Of a DNA stretch of 64,000 nt, positions 31,700 through 42,290 are shown one piece after another. The stretch spans positions 577,473-641,472 of the forward strand of contig JAWBYA010000001.1 in the NCBI GenBank assembly GCA_038867615.1, written 5' to 3'. Positions within the stretch are counted from its first letter, which is position 1; each line of letters opens with the position of its first letter. The notes under the pieces are model-generated. The model saw only the letters and a program-made list of their open reading frames with translations, searched no databases and was not told where the DNA came from. This DNA comes from Sulfolobales archaeon. GTDB lineage: Archaea > Thermoproteota > Thermoprotei_A > Sulfolobales > AG1. Position numbers and translations under genes: made by a program.

Positions 31700-33511
31700 T
31701 TGCGAGAGAAAGGATCTAGACTGCTAATATGGATAGCTTTAACCCTGGCACCCTCCCTCGCAGGCGTAGTATCATCTATAGCTTTCGAGCCCCTGCTCCC
31801 CCCTGTTTACCGAGCGTTTCTCCTCCTCCTACCCACATTATATCTATGGTACCTATTCCTCCTGGATCTTTTAAGGGAAAGGCATTTTAGCGGAGAATAT
31901 GTCCTTATGGGTCTTGTAGGTCTGGTCACGCTAATCCATGGCTTCTATTTTGAGGGCCTCATACTCATGCTACTCTACTCCCTAGCCGAGGTTATCGAGG
32001 AGGCTGCTGAGCGGTATGCGAGAAGAAAGCTCGATACCCTCTATAGACTTGTACCCTCCAAAGCCCTCGTAGAAAAGGATGGTTTAATAGAGAGCGTTGA
32101 GGCTAGCAAGCTAAAGCCCGGCGATGTAGTGGTTGTGAGGGTTGGTGAGGGCGTCCCAGCCGATGGAGTAAGCATCGGTTCGGGTCTTGTGAACACCTCC
32201 CTGGTAACTGGGGAGCCCTACCCGGTTGCTGTGAATCCGGGGGACTTCATTGCTAGCGGCTATATAAACGTTGGCAGGGCTCCTCTAAAAGTTAGGGTTT
32301 TGAGATCTCCAAGCGAGTCTACGCTTCAAAGGGTTATCAGGCTCGCGATGGAGGCTTTGGAGGAGAAGAGCCGGGTTGAGAGGATAGTTGAGAAGCTTAT
32401 GAAGCCATGGACTGCGGTTGCGTTATCCTCGTTCGCCATAGTCTACATGATCCTAGACCCCCTGAGAGCCATACCCATATTAGTAGTAGCATGCCCCTCA
32501 GCCTTCATAATAACCTCGGCTTCCGCAACAGCATACTCAATAGCGGTTCTAGCCAGCAGGGGCGTGGTTGTCAGAGGGGGTAGCGTGCTTGAGAAGATAT
32601 CCGAGATCGATACCATAGTTCTGGATAAAACCGGAACTATAACTATCATAGGATCCCTAGAGGTTTCAAGAATAAAAACCCCAGCTGGGCTGGGCGAGGA
32701 GGAGTTTAAAGCCATAACAGCCTCGCTAGCAGCAGCTAGCACGCACCCAATATCCAGGACTCTAGCACAGATATCGAAAACAAGGGTTGGTGTTAAAAAC
32801 GTTGTAGAAATCCCGGGAAGAGGTGTTAAAGGAGTGGTGGATGGATTAGAAGTAATAATAGGTAATAGGGAGATGATGCTAGACCACGGCCTCAAAGTAG
32901 TTGGAGAATGCAGCGAGGAGGAAACAGTTGTCTATGTAGCTGTAAACGGCTCGGCAGGCCATATATGCCTTAAAGAGAGCATAGATCCTGCAGCCGCCCA
33001 GATCCTCAGAACAGGAGGCTACGAGCTCGTTATAGCTAGTGGGGATAGAGAGCAGAGGGTTAAAGCAGTAGCTAAAGCCCTTAGAATCGAAAAATACTAC
33101 TCAAACCTAAGCCCAGAGGATAAAATAACGCTGGTTAGAAACCTCAAAGCTAAGGGCTCAAAAGTCATGGTAGTCGGAGACGGTGTCAACGATATAGCAG
33201 CCATGGCGGCCGCAGATGCAGGGGTAGCGGTGGGCAATATAGATGCCGTAGTCTCGACGGCCGATAGCGTTCTACTTAGAGGGGTTAGACAGTTACCCCT
33301 ACTACTAAAAGCAGCAAAAACCTATACCAAGACATTAAAAATAGCGCTAGCAACCCCGGTACTGATAAAAACTATAGCCCTAACAGGAGGACTCGCGGGA
33401 GCATTACCCCTATGGCTAGTAGCCCTACTAGGAGACGATGGAGCAACAATAGCGGGGCTCCTAACATCAACAACTCTTATAGCTTCCAACATCCAAAAGC
33501 GTGTATCGTAA
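31700..33511 (+). CDS. Heavy-metal P1B-type ATPase
   Basis: TGE, ACPSA, DKTGT, THP, GDGVND; no N-terminal metal-binding domain. Confidence 0.92.
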   Translation: MREKGSRLLIWIALTLAPSLAGVVSSIAFEPLLPPVYRAFLLLLPTLYLWYLFLLDLLRERHFSGEYVLMGLVGLVTLIHGFYFEGLILMLLYSLAEVIEEAAERYARRKLDTLYRLVPSKALVEKDGLIESVEASKLKPGDVVVVRVGEGVPADGVSIGSGLVNTSLVTGEPYPVAVNPGDFIASGYINVGRAPLKVRVLRSPSESTLQRVIRLAMEALEEKSRVERIVEKLMKPWTAVALSSFAIVYMILDPLRAIPILVVACPSAFIITSASATAYSIAVLASRGVVVRGGSVLEKISEIDTIVLDKTGTITIIGSLEVSRIKTPAGLGEEEFKAITASLAAASTHPISRTLAQISKTRVGVKNVVEIPGRGVKGVVDGLEVIIGNREMMLDHGLKVVGECSEEETVVYVAVNGSAGHICLKESIDPAAAQILRTGGYELVIASGDREQRVKAVAKALRIEKYYSNLSPEDKITLVRNLKAKGSKVMVVGDGVNDIAAMAAADAGVAVGNIDAVVSTADSVLLRGVRQLPLLLKAAKTYTKTLKIALATPVLIKTIALTGGLAGALPLWLVALLGDDGATIAGLLTSTTLIASNIQKRVS

Positions 33512-33769
33512 AAAACAGGATCTTTTATAACCTGGAACCCCAGATCCAAAGCCTAAGCTTAGCACGCCAGCCTCGACTAAGCTATAGCCCGCTTTTAACG
33601 TTAGTAAGTAAATATTGCCAGAATTAAGTTGAGGATTTAAATCTCCTAATATCTATTAGCTCTCTTTAAGCTCGGTATAATGCGGTCGAAAGTATATTCC
33701 TAGCCTGGTCGGGTTTTTGCTCTAACTCTAGAGATGTGGTTGAGGATCTTTTAACATTTAAATATATCC

Positions 33770-34399
33770 TTGGCAATAATACGCGGAGTCGGAGGCAGCT
33801 TGGATGATATTTATAGGGAGAGGGTTAGTCTCTTCCTCGACTGCTGGGAGTATAGGTTTGGGTTGAGAACCCTCGGCGGGGCTTATATTAGGCATATGCT
33901 TCTATTCACGGACTCCTATCTAGTTGATGTAGAGACAGGCGAGGTCTCAGAGGTGCCGGGGCGTGCTCACGGTGGTCTTGCTAGGTGGGCTGCTTATCGC
34001 TCTTCAGGCGGTTTGTTGAACTATATAGCTACATATGTATTCTGGCGTATTATAGAGGAGGGTATTAAGAGGGCTTTTAAGATTAGGGAGAGGAGCACTG
34101 CTGAGGAGATCAGGGAGATAAGATCCATGCTTGGTGAGAACGCATCTGTTGGAGAGTTTATAGAGGTGGCTAAAAATGTTCTTGCTAAGAGTGGTTTGAA
34201 GAAGGTGAGGATCGGGTCTATATATAGATACATGGATCTAGAGAACATCAGGGTTGATGTTGATAAGCATAAGAGCACCATAACCCTCAGATTCACAGCA
34301 GGTGGGAAGAAGCGCAAGCTTATAGCTAACTGCGAGCTCGGAGAGCTCTCAGAGCTCGAGCAAAGGATAAAAAGCCTATTACCAGTCTCGCTGGGGTGA
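33770..34399 (+). CDS. Hypothetical protein
   Basis: 209-aa ORF, 4-nt overlap with next gene. Confidence 0.6.
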   Translation: MAIIRGVGGSLDDIYRERVSLFLDCWEYRFGLRTLGGAYIRHMLLFTDSYLVDVETGEVSEVPGRAHGGLARWAAYRSSGGLLNYIATYVFWRIIEEGIKRAFKIRERSTAEEIREIRSMLGENASVGEFIEVAKNVLAKSGLKKVRIGSIYRYMDLENIRVDVDKHKSTITLRFTAGGKKRKLIANCELGELSELEQRIKSLLPVSLG

Positions 34400-36315
34400 T
34401 TAGCATGAAGATCATCCATATCCTGGCTATAGCTATTACCATCGCTATAGCTATCAGCGTAGCGATACCAATCCTCACAGGACCCAGAGGAGGTGAGCAG
34501 ACATACACCACAACCACACAGCCCCCTGGTAGGGGCGATAGGGGTGGGCTGGATACCATATCGCCAACCACAACCAAGCCGGGCGAGACCCAGATAACCA
34601 CAACCCCAGTAGCGATACAAACCCCCGCGATACCGGTGACAACTACAGAGACGAGAGCAGTAACTACAACCCCGTTGATAACCCAGACTAGGCCGAGGTA
34701 TCCGGAGTATAGTGATCCTCTCTTCATGGTTGTCACAACACCCAGGGTTTATGCTGAGTATGGAGGGGTTTTTGATCTCAACATAACCGTGGTTTCTCTC
34801 AATGGTTTCAAGGATCCTGTTGATCTGTATGTGCTGGGCCTAGCCTCTGGCTATGGCTTCTCCGATATAAAGCCCATCGATCACAGCCTGTCTCCCCAGA
34901 GGATAAGGCCTGGAGAGATCTCTAGGGCTAGGTTTGCCCTGGATACAAGCATTCCGCCTGGCGAGTATATCCTCCTGATCTACGGATCCTCAGGGGATCT
35001 GGTATCAACAGCACCCGTTAGGCTCACCATATATCCAAAGCCTTTCTACGCAATAGTCGCTGAACCAGTAGGCCCTAACGGAGAGCCCCTGAGCTATGTA
35101 GTGGCTGGAAAACCATTCAACCTGTCTGTGAAGGTTATCCCCGTTGGTGGTGAGTATAAAGCCCATGTGAGGCTGGATCTATGGAAGAGGGGGAGTTTGA
35201 GTGGTGTTGTAATCCACAAGATCTGGGGGGAGCTTGAGGGGATCCCGCCGTTTAATGTGACAATAACCGTGGAGATCACGGATGCGTGGAGTGGTTTTGA
35301 CTATTCTAGGCAGAGTAGCAATTATGATGCGAGGTATATTATGATCACGGATTCTCCGGGCTTCTCCAAAGCCGTCTTGATCTTTAATAACGAGCCCTCT
35401 CAACGTCGCGGCGGTCTTCTAGAGACAATACTATCGATAATATTCCTACCAATAGGCTTTGCATTGGGGCTAGCAATAGGCTTTGCCCTGCTACCAATAC
35501 TCCCACAAGCGTTCCAAGATCTTGTCACAGGATCTATAGTAGCGTTTGCACCATGGATCCTTGGATCTGTGTATCCGAAAGCACCGCTGAAGGCTATCTC
35601 GATAGCAGCTAATGGTAAGGGTTTCGAATACTACGCAAAAGTCCCAGTATTGAGCGAGGGTAAAAAGGCCTCTCTAATCATCCCCCAGGCTAATATCGAG
35701 GTTAGAGAGGATCAGGATCTCTCGATCCCGTTCTTCGCAGTGGTTAGAACAAACAGCACCAGCGACCCCATATCAATAGATGCCAGTATAAAGGGCGGGG
35801 AAAGGCTTGCGGTGAGGATAGCTAACCATACTAGGGAGCGGGGCGATGGTTACTACCTATCATACCTAACAGGATATCTAACAATACCCAGAGACATGCT
35901 CGGAAAAGCCGAGAATCTTGATATAGAGATATGGGTCTCATCCAACAACATATTCCTAGATAGAGTATCACTCTCCACAAGAATTACAAAAAGCACATTC
36001 CACGAAGGACCCTACATAGCTCTTAAAGGAAAGCTAGCCATAGCGCCCCTCATATCAGGAGAACAAGACCTCCGAGAAGCAAGTATAGAGATAAGAGAAA
36101 CCCAGATATTCAATCTAACCTCAAAAGAACTCATAACAGCCCAGCCAGACACAGTAATAGAGAGAATATGGATAGCAAGATCCGGAGACACATTGCTACT
36201 AATCATAAAAACCAAAGAAGAACCAAGATACCCCTTCTCCATCGAATACATGATCACATCACCCACAGGATCCTCACTAGGATGGAGACTCTACATCCTA
36301 CCCACAGGATCTTGA
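34396..36315 (+). CDS. Hypothetical cell-surface protein (signal anchor, Thr/Pro linker, beta-rich domains, internal hydrophobic segment)
   Basis: N-terminal TM, TTTTQPP..TTTP linker, alternating beta-strand patterns. Confidence 0.7.
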   Translation: MISMKIIHILAIAITIAIAISVAIPILTGPRGGEQTYTTTTQPPGRGDRGGLDTISPTTTKPGETQITTTPVAIQTPAIPVTTTETRAVTTTPLITQTRPRYPEYSDPLFMVVTTPRVYAEYGGVFDLNITVVSLNGFKDPVDLYVLGLASGYGFSDIKPIDHSLSPQRIRPGEISRARFALDTSIPPGEYILLIYGSSGDLVSTAPVRLTIYPKPFYAIVAEPVGPNGEPLSYVVAGKPFNLSVKVIPVGGEYKAHVRLDLWKRGSLSGVVIHKIWGELEGIPPFNVTITVEITDAWSGFDYSRQSSNYDARYIMITDSPGFSKAVLIFNNEPSQRRGGLLETILSIIFLPIGFALGLAIGFALLPILPQAFQDLVTGSIVAFAPWILGSVYPKAPLKAISIAANGKGFEYYAKVPVLSEGKKASLIIPQANIEVREDQDLSIPFFAVVRTNSTSDPISIDASIKGGERLAVRIANHTRERGDGYYLSYLTGYLTIPRDMLGKAENLDIEIWVSSNNIFLDRVSLSTRITKSTFHEGPYIALKGKLAIAPLISGEQDLREASIEIRETQIFNLTSKELITAQPDTVIERIWIARSGDTLLLIIKTKEEPRYPFSIEYMITSPTGSSLGWRLYILPTGS

Positions 36316-36611
36316 ACACCGATCTATAATCCAACCTATGCTCTACCCTCAACACAGTTCATCAATTCCACAGCAGATAGAGCAGATAGAAGTTTGGGTT
36401 TCATAGCAGTTGATATGGAAGACTGTCTATCGTGACCTTTATCATATTTGCTTTCCGTGTAAAAGAGAAATCATTCGGCTCGCCTATATGTAGAGCATAT
36501 GATCCTCGTTTAAGAAGCCCTATTTTTCGTTTCCCGCTGGGTTTTTCAAATTTGGAAAACTCGATATTTAATCAGATCGCTGCTCATAAACCTCGGAGCC
36601 TATAGATACTG

Positions 36612-36899
36612 GTGGTTGTGATCGAGGCTATAAACCAAGACGATGCTATTGAGGAGCAGGATCACGATGAATATATAGAGCTGGAGGAATATGTTATAAG
36701 GTTCTTCAACCATATGTATGTTGAGATAATGTACACCGATATAGAAAACCCCCGACACCTGGGCGTATACGAGCTGGATCCCCAGAACTATAGGAGATTA
36801 TTATTGAAAGCAAGAAGCATAAAGGATCTCGATGAAGAAAAAAACCTCGTGAAAGAGATAATGAGAACAGGAAAGGAGTTCCGCTTAGGGACTAAATAA
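36612..36899 (+). CDS. Hypothetical acidic protein
   Basis: 95-aa ORF, protein-like composition. Confidence 0.55.
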   Translation: MVVIEAINQDDAIEEQDHDEYIELEEYVIRFFNHMYVEIMYTDIENPRHLGVYELDPQNYRRLLLKARSIKDLDEEKNLVKEIMRTGKEFRLGTK

Positions 36900-37154
36900 C
36901 AAGAGACCAAGTATTAATACTGCTTTACACACATGAAGGGCAAAACAAAAAGAATATCAATATTGTTACTAAGGTAGGTGAGCGAAGCCGAGATAAAAGA
37001 ATCTTGAGGATCTTATGGAGAGATCCGGCGGGATTTAAATACCAGGTTTTACTGGTTGCTTGGGATCCAAATATCGATGTGGGTAACGATGATCCCAGCT
37101 ATCTTATTTAGGTAGTTTTGAAAAAGCTGTTCCCATGGTCTTATATATTCGCTT

Positions 37155-37784
37155 CTATGATGAGGCTATGTAGAGCATTCCTTTTTCTGTGGTTTTTATT
37201 CTGAGTTTTCTGCCTTTTCTTTCTGTAGTCACCATGTTTCTTTCTTCCAGTTTCTTCACTCTTCTCCAGATTGTTGGTTTTGGTTCTCCTAGTTTTTCTG
37301 CTAGTTCTGCTAGCTCTACTTCTTTCAAAGCTTCGCTGAGGATCCTTATGTCTAGACTATCTATTTTTTCTCCGCATAGGTGACTTGGTTTGAAGCTTAT
37401 TACGTGGGATCCGTCTTCGAACTCAACCTCTATCTCTGCATCTACACCGCTTAGCAGTGCTCCTCCTAGGGTTTCTATCACCAGTGCCCTCATAGACCCG
37501 CTTATATTTATATAGACGGGTCTTTCCGGTCTTGATAGTATTATGTTTCTAACTATAGAGACTGCTTTTGTGAAATCCTCTACCGGGATCTCGATCCTCT
37601 CTACCCTTGGCTCGCCCACTATTTGTTTAAGAATACTTATGAGATTACTGACAGCTTTCTCAGCCCTCGTGTCTCTTCTACCAGCTGGTGTTAGGATCAC
37701 TATTAGGTCGTTCTTATCTATATTCCTCCTAATAAGGGCTCTGAGGGCGAACTTCTCGTCAAAACCTAGTGTGAATATTGCCAT
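37155..37784 (-). CDS. csa3: CRISPR-associated CARF-wHTH regulator Csa3
   Basis: FTLGFDEKFALR, NISGSMR, C-terminal wHTH; divergent from Cascade operon. Confidence 0.9.
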   Translation of the reverse strand: MAIFTLGFDEKFALRALIRRNIDKNDLIVILTPAGRRDTRAEKAVSNLISILKQIVGEPRVERIEIPVEDFTKAVSIVRNIILSRPERPVYINISGSMRALVIETLGGALLSGVDAEIEVEFEDGSHVISFKPSHLCGEKIDSLDIRILSEALKEVELAELAEKLGEPKPTIWRRVKKLEERNMVTTERKGRKLRIKTTEKGMLYIASS

Positions 37785-38088
37785 CAATTTGTCTCAGCTC
37801 GATATAACTATGCTACGAGGGTTAAATCTGGTTTACCGTTATATTGATGTTGCATGCCAAATATACGATCTCTGTGTTTATTTAACTATATATAGATATT
37901 TCCTTGATCAAGAAACAAGCATGCTAAACAGGGCCTTAGAATCACAGCCTCGTAGATCCCCTCACGGTTTCATTTAATTTATACGGAAAAATGTTGTTTC
38001 ATATTAATTCTATAATCACATATTTCATTAACTACAAAACATTTCAGTAAATATATAAACCCCAATGCATATAATCTGCGGTGATAAA

Positions 38089-38493
38089 ATGTTGGCCGAA
38101 ACACGTGAGATAACAAGAGAATATAGATCTGTGGCATGTTTGGTAGCAACCGCATCGATCTATACAGAGTCGCTGAATTTAATAGATAGACTCGCATATG
38201 CACTAAACCCCGAATCAGCTATAAAATCCCTCAACGACTCCCTAAGGATCGTTGAGGGAGCTGTTAGGAGGGGGGAAGTGGGAGAAGCTGTTGAAAAGAG
38301 CGAGGGGGGAGGAGATCGCAGCGTCATAAAGATCCGTGTGGGGGATGGGAGAGAATATAGATTGCTATACTGCTCCTTCCCCAACGTAGAGGTTGTGAGG
38401 AGATTCCTCGAAGAGGTTAGGAGAAACATAGAGGTTGCCAGAACTATTGGAACGCTTGCTAACTCAATGGTTCTAGAAGCTAGGCTGAGGTGA
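38089..38493 (+). CDS. csa5: Type I-A small subunit Csa5 (Cas11)
   Basis: LIDRLAYALNPE..L.DSLR; position directly before cas7; GGTGA RBS before ATG 38089. Confidence 0.8.
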   Translation: MLAETREITREYRSVACLVATASIYTESLNLIDRLAYALNPESAIKSLNDSLRIVEGAVRRGEVGEAVEKSEGGGDRSVIKIRVGDGREYRLLYCSFPNVEVVRRFLEEVRRNIEVARTIGTLANSMVLEARLR

Positions 38494-39536
38494 TCGAGAT
38501 GTTCGTGAGCATGTCGTTCAGATTGGTAGTGAATGTTGAGAGCCTCAACGGTGTGGAGACTGTAGGCAATCTCTCTAGGCATAGAACAGCACCAATAGTG
38601 ATCCCTCTGTCCAAGACCTCTGGGGGCTCATACACAGTAAAATACGTCCCAGCAGTATCTGGAGAAGCCCTGGGCCATGCTTACCAAGAAGCCCTAGTAG
38701 AGGTTGCGAAGAAGATGGGGCTCCCGGTCGGTCTCTACTCATCCAGGGGAGAGTTCATAAAGTTCAGCGAGGATGAGTATTTAAAAGAAGAGGGTATATC
38801 GCCTCCAAAGGATCATAGTGATGCTAGGAGATTCGAGGTTGACGTGATACTCAAAGACGTTGTAGCGGATGTCGGCGGCTTCCTATACACGGGGAAGTAT
38901 CCTGTTAAGAGAACCTCGAGGTTCCAGGTAGGATATATGATCCCAGCGCTCGAGACAGCTGCAGAAGCCTCAGCCCTCGAGGCTCAGTTCCATGTAAGGT
39001 TCCTGGCATCCAGGCCCCAGAGGGGTGGGGAGGCTATGCTGGGCCAGATACCATATAACGTTGAGGTTGGATCGGCGCTCTATACATTCACCTTTACACT
39101 AGATCTGGGAAGTATCGCTGAGCCCTCTACAAAGTATGGAAACCCCCATCCCAGGGAGAATGATCTCAAGAACCAGGCTAAGTCTAGGAGGCAGGCTGCG
39201 ATTGGAGCCCTTACCCTCATGACAAGTTCATGGCTCTTTGGAGCAAAGAGATCCAGGTTCCTTCCCAACGCTGAGCTGAGATCTGCTGTGGCTTCTATCT
39301 CGACAGTGCCATTCGTAGTTAGTCAGGGTAACTATGGGACATATATAGCTGATACTGCTAAGAGGGCTGAGAATCTCCTCTCCGTGCTAAGATCCTTCGG
39401 AAGGTCGGAGGAGATCTCGATCCTAGCGGTGGATAGAGAGGGTCTCGAGATACCGCAGAATGTTTCGAAGGCTTCAAGTGTGGAGGAGATGATAAGAAGG
39501 ATCTCCGAGACTCTTAGGCAGAAGAACCTAGTATAA
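38490..39536 (+). CDS. cas7: Type I-A Cas7 (Csa2)
   Basis: NVESLNGVETVGNLSRHR, VPAVSGEALGHAYQ, DVGGFL, VKRTSRF, QFHVR, GAKRSRFLP. Confidence 0.95.
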   Translation: MIEMFVSMSFRLVVNVESLNGVETVGNLSRHRTAPIVIPLSKTSGGSYTVKYVPAVSGEALGHAYQEALVEVAKKMGLPVGLYSSRGEFIKFSEDEYLKEEGISPPKDHSDARRFEVDVILKDVVADVGGFLYTGKYPVKRTSRFQVGYMIPALETAAEASALEAQFHVRFLASRPQRGGEAMLGQIPYNVEVGSALYTFTFTLDLGSIAEPSTKYGNPHPRENDLKNQAKSRRQAAIGALTLMTSSWLFGAKRSRFLPNAELRSAVASISTVPFVVSQGNYGTYIADTAKRAENLLSVLRSFGRSEEISILAVDREGLEIPQNVSKASSVEEMIRRISETLRQKNLV

Positions 39537-39555
39537 AGATCCGCTATAACCGAGA

Positions 39556-40479
39556 GTGGAGATATATATGAGGTCTCCCACAGGGGCCGAGGATCTTGAG
39601 GCTCTGGTTGTTAGGGTTAGGTTTCTCTGGGGCTTTAGTATAAGGAGACCCTCGGTTTCTAAGGCTCAGCCCTCGTATAGTACGATCCCCCCGACAACAC
39701 TTATAGGGGCTCTCTCCGCACCTATAGCCGTGTCTAAGAAATACGGGGAGGTTGTTGCGAGAGGTAAGAGTATCTATAGCGCCTCTACAATAGCTATGGA
39801 TTTTGTGGCTGCTGCATCGTTGACGTTTGAGGAGAGACGTGGAAGGGCTCCTGTAGGGATATATTGGGAGGATCTCAATAGATATGCTATTCACCAGTTC
39901 CAGAGGCGTGAGAGAAGGGCTGAGAGAGAATTTATGTTTGGTGCTATAGGTGTTGGGAAGATCTATGCTCCTGACGCTATAGCAAAGATCGTGTATATAC
40001 TCGATACTGCTAAGGTTAGATCTGTGCTTGGTGATACATGGAGAAGCGATCTGATCAGATATGCTTACCAGATAACAAGGATCGGAAGCAAGGAGAGCCT
40101 AGTAGCTGTTGAGGATGCAAGGCTCGCGAGGGTAAAGCCTGTTGGTAGGGAGTTCTGCACATCTCTATACCAACCGCTAGAGTATCTGGAGAGGTTGGAG
40201 AGCCCGTATAACCCTGATATACCATACTATGCCAGATGCCCTGGTAGCGAGAAGGTTCCGGAAGCCTATATAGAGACCTTCTGGGAAGAATCCTTCGAAT
40301 TCGGCGTACAGCCTGGGGAGAAGCTATACCTTGTCCCGGGTACTAGAAGCCCGATAATGCCTGGAGAGGTTAGGATTAGGCTAAAGCAGGGCTATCAAGG
40401 TTATGAGGTTGAGGGTGAGAGGGGTCTTATTATAGCTCTTCCCGAGAGATCCTCCGCAGGGCTAAGGCGTGGGGGCTAG
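39556..40479 (+). CDS. cas5: Type I-A Cas5
   Basis: WGFSIR, PPTTLIGAL, RIGSKESLV. Confidence 0.92.
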   Translation: MEIYMRSPTGAEDLEALVVRVRFLWGFSIRRPSVSKAQPSYSTIPPTTLIGALSAPIAVSKKYGEVVARGKSIYSASTIAMDFVAAASLTFEERRGRAPVGIYWEDLNRYAIHQFQRRERRAEREFMFGAIGVGKIYAPDAIAKIVYILDTAKVRSVLGDTWRSDLIRYAYQITRIGSKESLVAVEDARLARVKPVGREFCTSLYQPLEYLERLESPYNPDIPYYARCPGSEKVPEAYIETFWEESFEFGVQPGEKLYLVPGTRSPIMPGEVRIRLKQGYQGYEVEGERGLIIALPERSSAGLRRGG

Positions 40480-40484
40480 GAGTA

Positions 40485-42290
40485 ATGGGTCAGAGGCTAG
40501 GGCTTGGAGAAATATATAACAGGGTTTGTAGCGCGCTTGGCTGGCAGCCTAGAAGACTTATAATGGAAACCCTAAAGAAGCTTGATAATGCTGTGCGGAG
40601 TAGCGATGGCGGGGCTGTTCTTGTTAGGGCTCCTACTGGTTATGGTAAGAGCACTATATCTCTAACGCTATATGTGGCGATAAAGCAGTTTGGGAGGACT
40701 GATCTGGGTTTCAGGGTGATCCATGTTCTCCCAATGAGATCTATTGGGGATAAGATGGAGATCGATATGAGGGGTAGGATAGAGGCTTTGATCGATAGGG
40801 GGTTTGATAAGCTCTCCCCCAATGATCTTGGGCTGCAGCATATGGGTTCTCCTGGAAGCCCTTATCTTGCTAGGAGGTTTGTGATAACGACTGGTGATAC
40901 GCTTATATCGAGTCTATATAAGGTTCCCCCGGTCGAGATCCGCAAGATCTTTTTATACAACATATCTCATTACGAGATCCCGAGGGGCTTTATATACTCC
41001 TCAGTTGTTGTTTTCGACGAGTTCCACCTATACCCGAGACCCTATCTCTGGTCAGCAAGTGATAGCGAGCAAGGGGATAAGGCGCTCACCTCTATGTTAG
41101 CTGCGGTCAAAGCTATACTTGATAGCGGATCCCCTGTTGTGATAGCAACAGCTACTCTTCCGAAACCTGTTCTCGATGCTCTTAACAGTGTTCAAGGGCT
41201 TAGAGGGAGGATCTTTGAGATCCCTGGTAGCAGTGATAACCCGGTCTCTAGGGATGTGGGGGTTTATTTGGAAAGCGTTAGGGATCGAGATACAATGATC
41301 GCTGTTATTGCTGAGAAGGCTTTAGAGCTCTCCATCAAGGGCTCTGTGCTTGTGGTTCTCAATACTGTTGAGTCGGCTGCTAGGGTGTATAGCAATATAA
41401 AGGATCTTTTGAAGGCTCAGGGATCTGTAGATAGTGTTGATTTGATGCTGATCCATGGGAGGATTGTTGAGAGGGATAGGAAGAGCATTGTTGAGAAGCT
41501 ATCACGCGTTTCTGCTAATAACCAGCCTGTTGGGAGGATATTGGTTTCTACACAGGTTCTAGAGGCTGGTGTTGATGTTAGCTTTAATTATCTCTTAACA
41601 GAAATAGCTCCTCCAGAGAGTATTATTCAGAGGCTTGGACGTGTTGCTAGATATGGTGGGTATGGTGAGGCTTATATCTATATTATAGTTGGGGCTAGTG
41701 ATCCTGTCCCTATATATCCTGCAGAGATCCTTGAGGAGGTTGTTAAAGAGCTTGGGGCGATAGCAAAGAGCTCTGGTGGTGCTTTATCCCACAGGGATGT
41801 GGAGGGTCTTCTGAGGATCTATGATAGGATTGAGAATCCTAATATTATTATGCGCGACTATGGAAGGGCTCTTGATGCGATAGATAGGAGTATGGATATA
41901 TCGTCAATAGATGTTAAGGGGGTTCTGGAGAAGATATGCTCCTTCCTAAGGGATAGCGATCTTGTAAGGCTACTGCCAGCCGAGCTCGATGAGGTTGCCT
42001 CATGCCTCGAGAGGGGTTTGAGCGATAGGAGTCTGTCTGATATCTCGATCCCCGCCGAGAGATCTATTCTAGGAAGGCTCTGCACGGGTAAGAGGATTAT
42101 TGGTATTTACACGGATAGCGGGAAGTGTATTAAGATAGATGCTGGGAAGGATCTAGAGGATATGGTGGGGAAGATCTGTAGGTCTAACTGCCCCTCGATA
42201 GAGATGATGAAGACACATAAATATGTATCAGAACCCGTATCAGGGCTGATTGTTAAGGGTTATGATAAGGAGAAGGGGTTGGTATTATGA
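40485..42290 (+). CDS. cas3: Cas3' helicase
   Basis: APTGYGKS, VLPMRS, DEFH, TAT, LNTV, IHGR, STQVLEAGVD, QRLGRVAR. Confidence 0.95.
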   Translation: MGQRLGLGEIYNRVCSALGWQPRRLIMETLKKLDNAVRSSDGGAVLVRAPTGYGKSTISLTLYVAIKQFGRTDLGFRVIHVLPMRSIGDKMEIDMRGRIEALIDRGFDKLSPNDLGLQHMGSPGSPYLARRFVITTGDTLISSLYKVPPVEIRKIFLYNISHYEIPRGFIYSSVVVFDEFHLYPRPYLWSASDSEQGDKALTSMLAAVKAILDSGSPVVIATATLPKPVLDALNSVQGLRGRIFEIPGSSDNPVSRDVGVYLESVRDRDTMIAVIAEKALELSIKGSVLVVLNTVESAARVYSNIKDLLKAQGSVDSVDLMLIHGRIVERDRKSIVEKLSRVSANNQPVGRILVSTQVLEAGVDVSFNYLLTEIAPPESIIQRLGRVARYGGYGEAYIYIIVGASDPVPIYPAEILEEVVKELGAIAKSSGGALSHRDVEGLLRIYDRIENPNIIMRDYGRALDAIDRSMDISSIDVKGVLEKICSFLRDSDLVRLLPAELDEVASCLERGLSDRSLSDISIPAERSILGRLCTGKRIIGIYTDSGKCIKIDAGKDLEDMVGKICRSNCPSIEMMKTHKYVSEPVSGLIVKGYDKEKGLVL

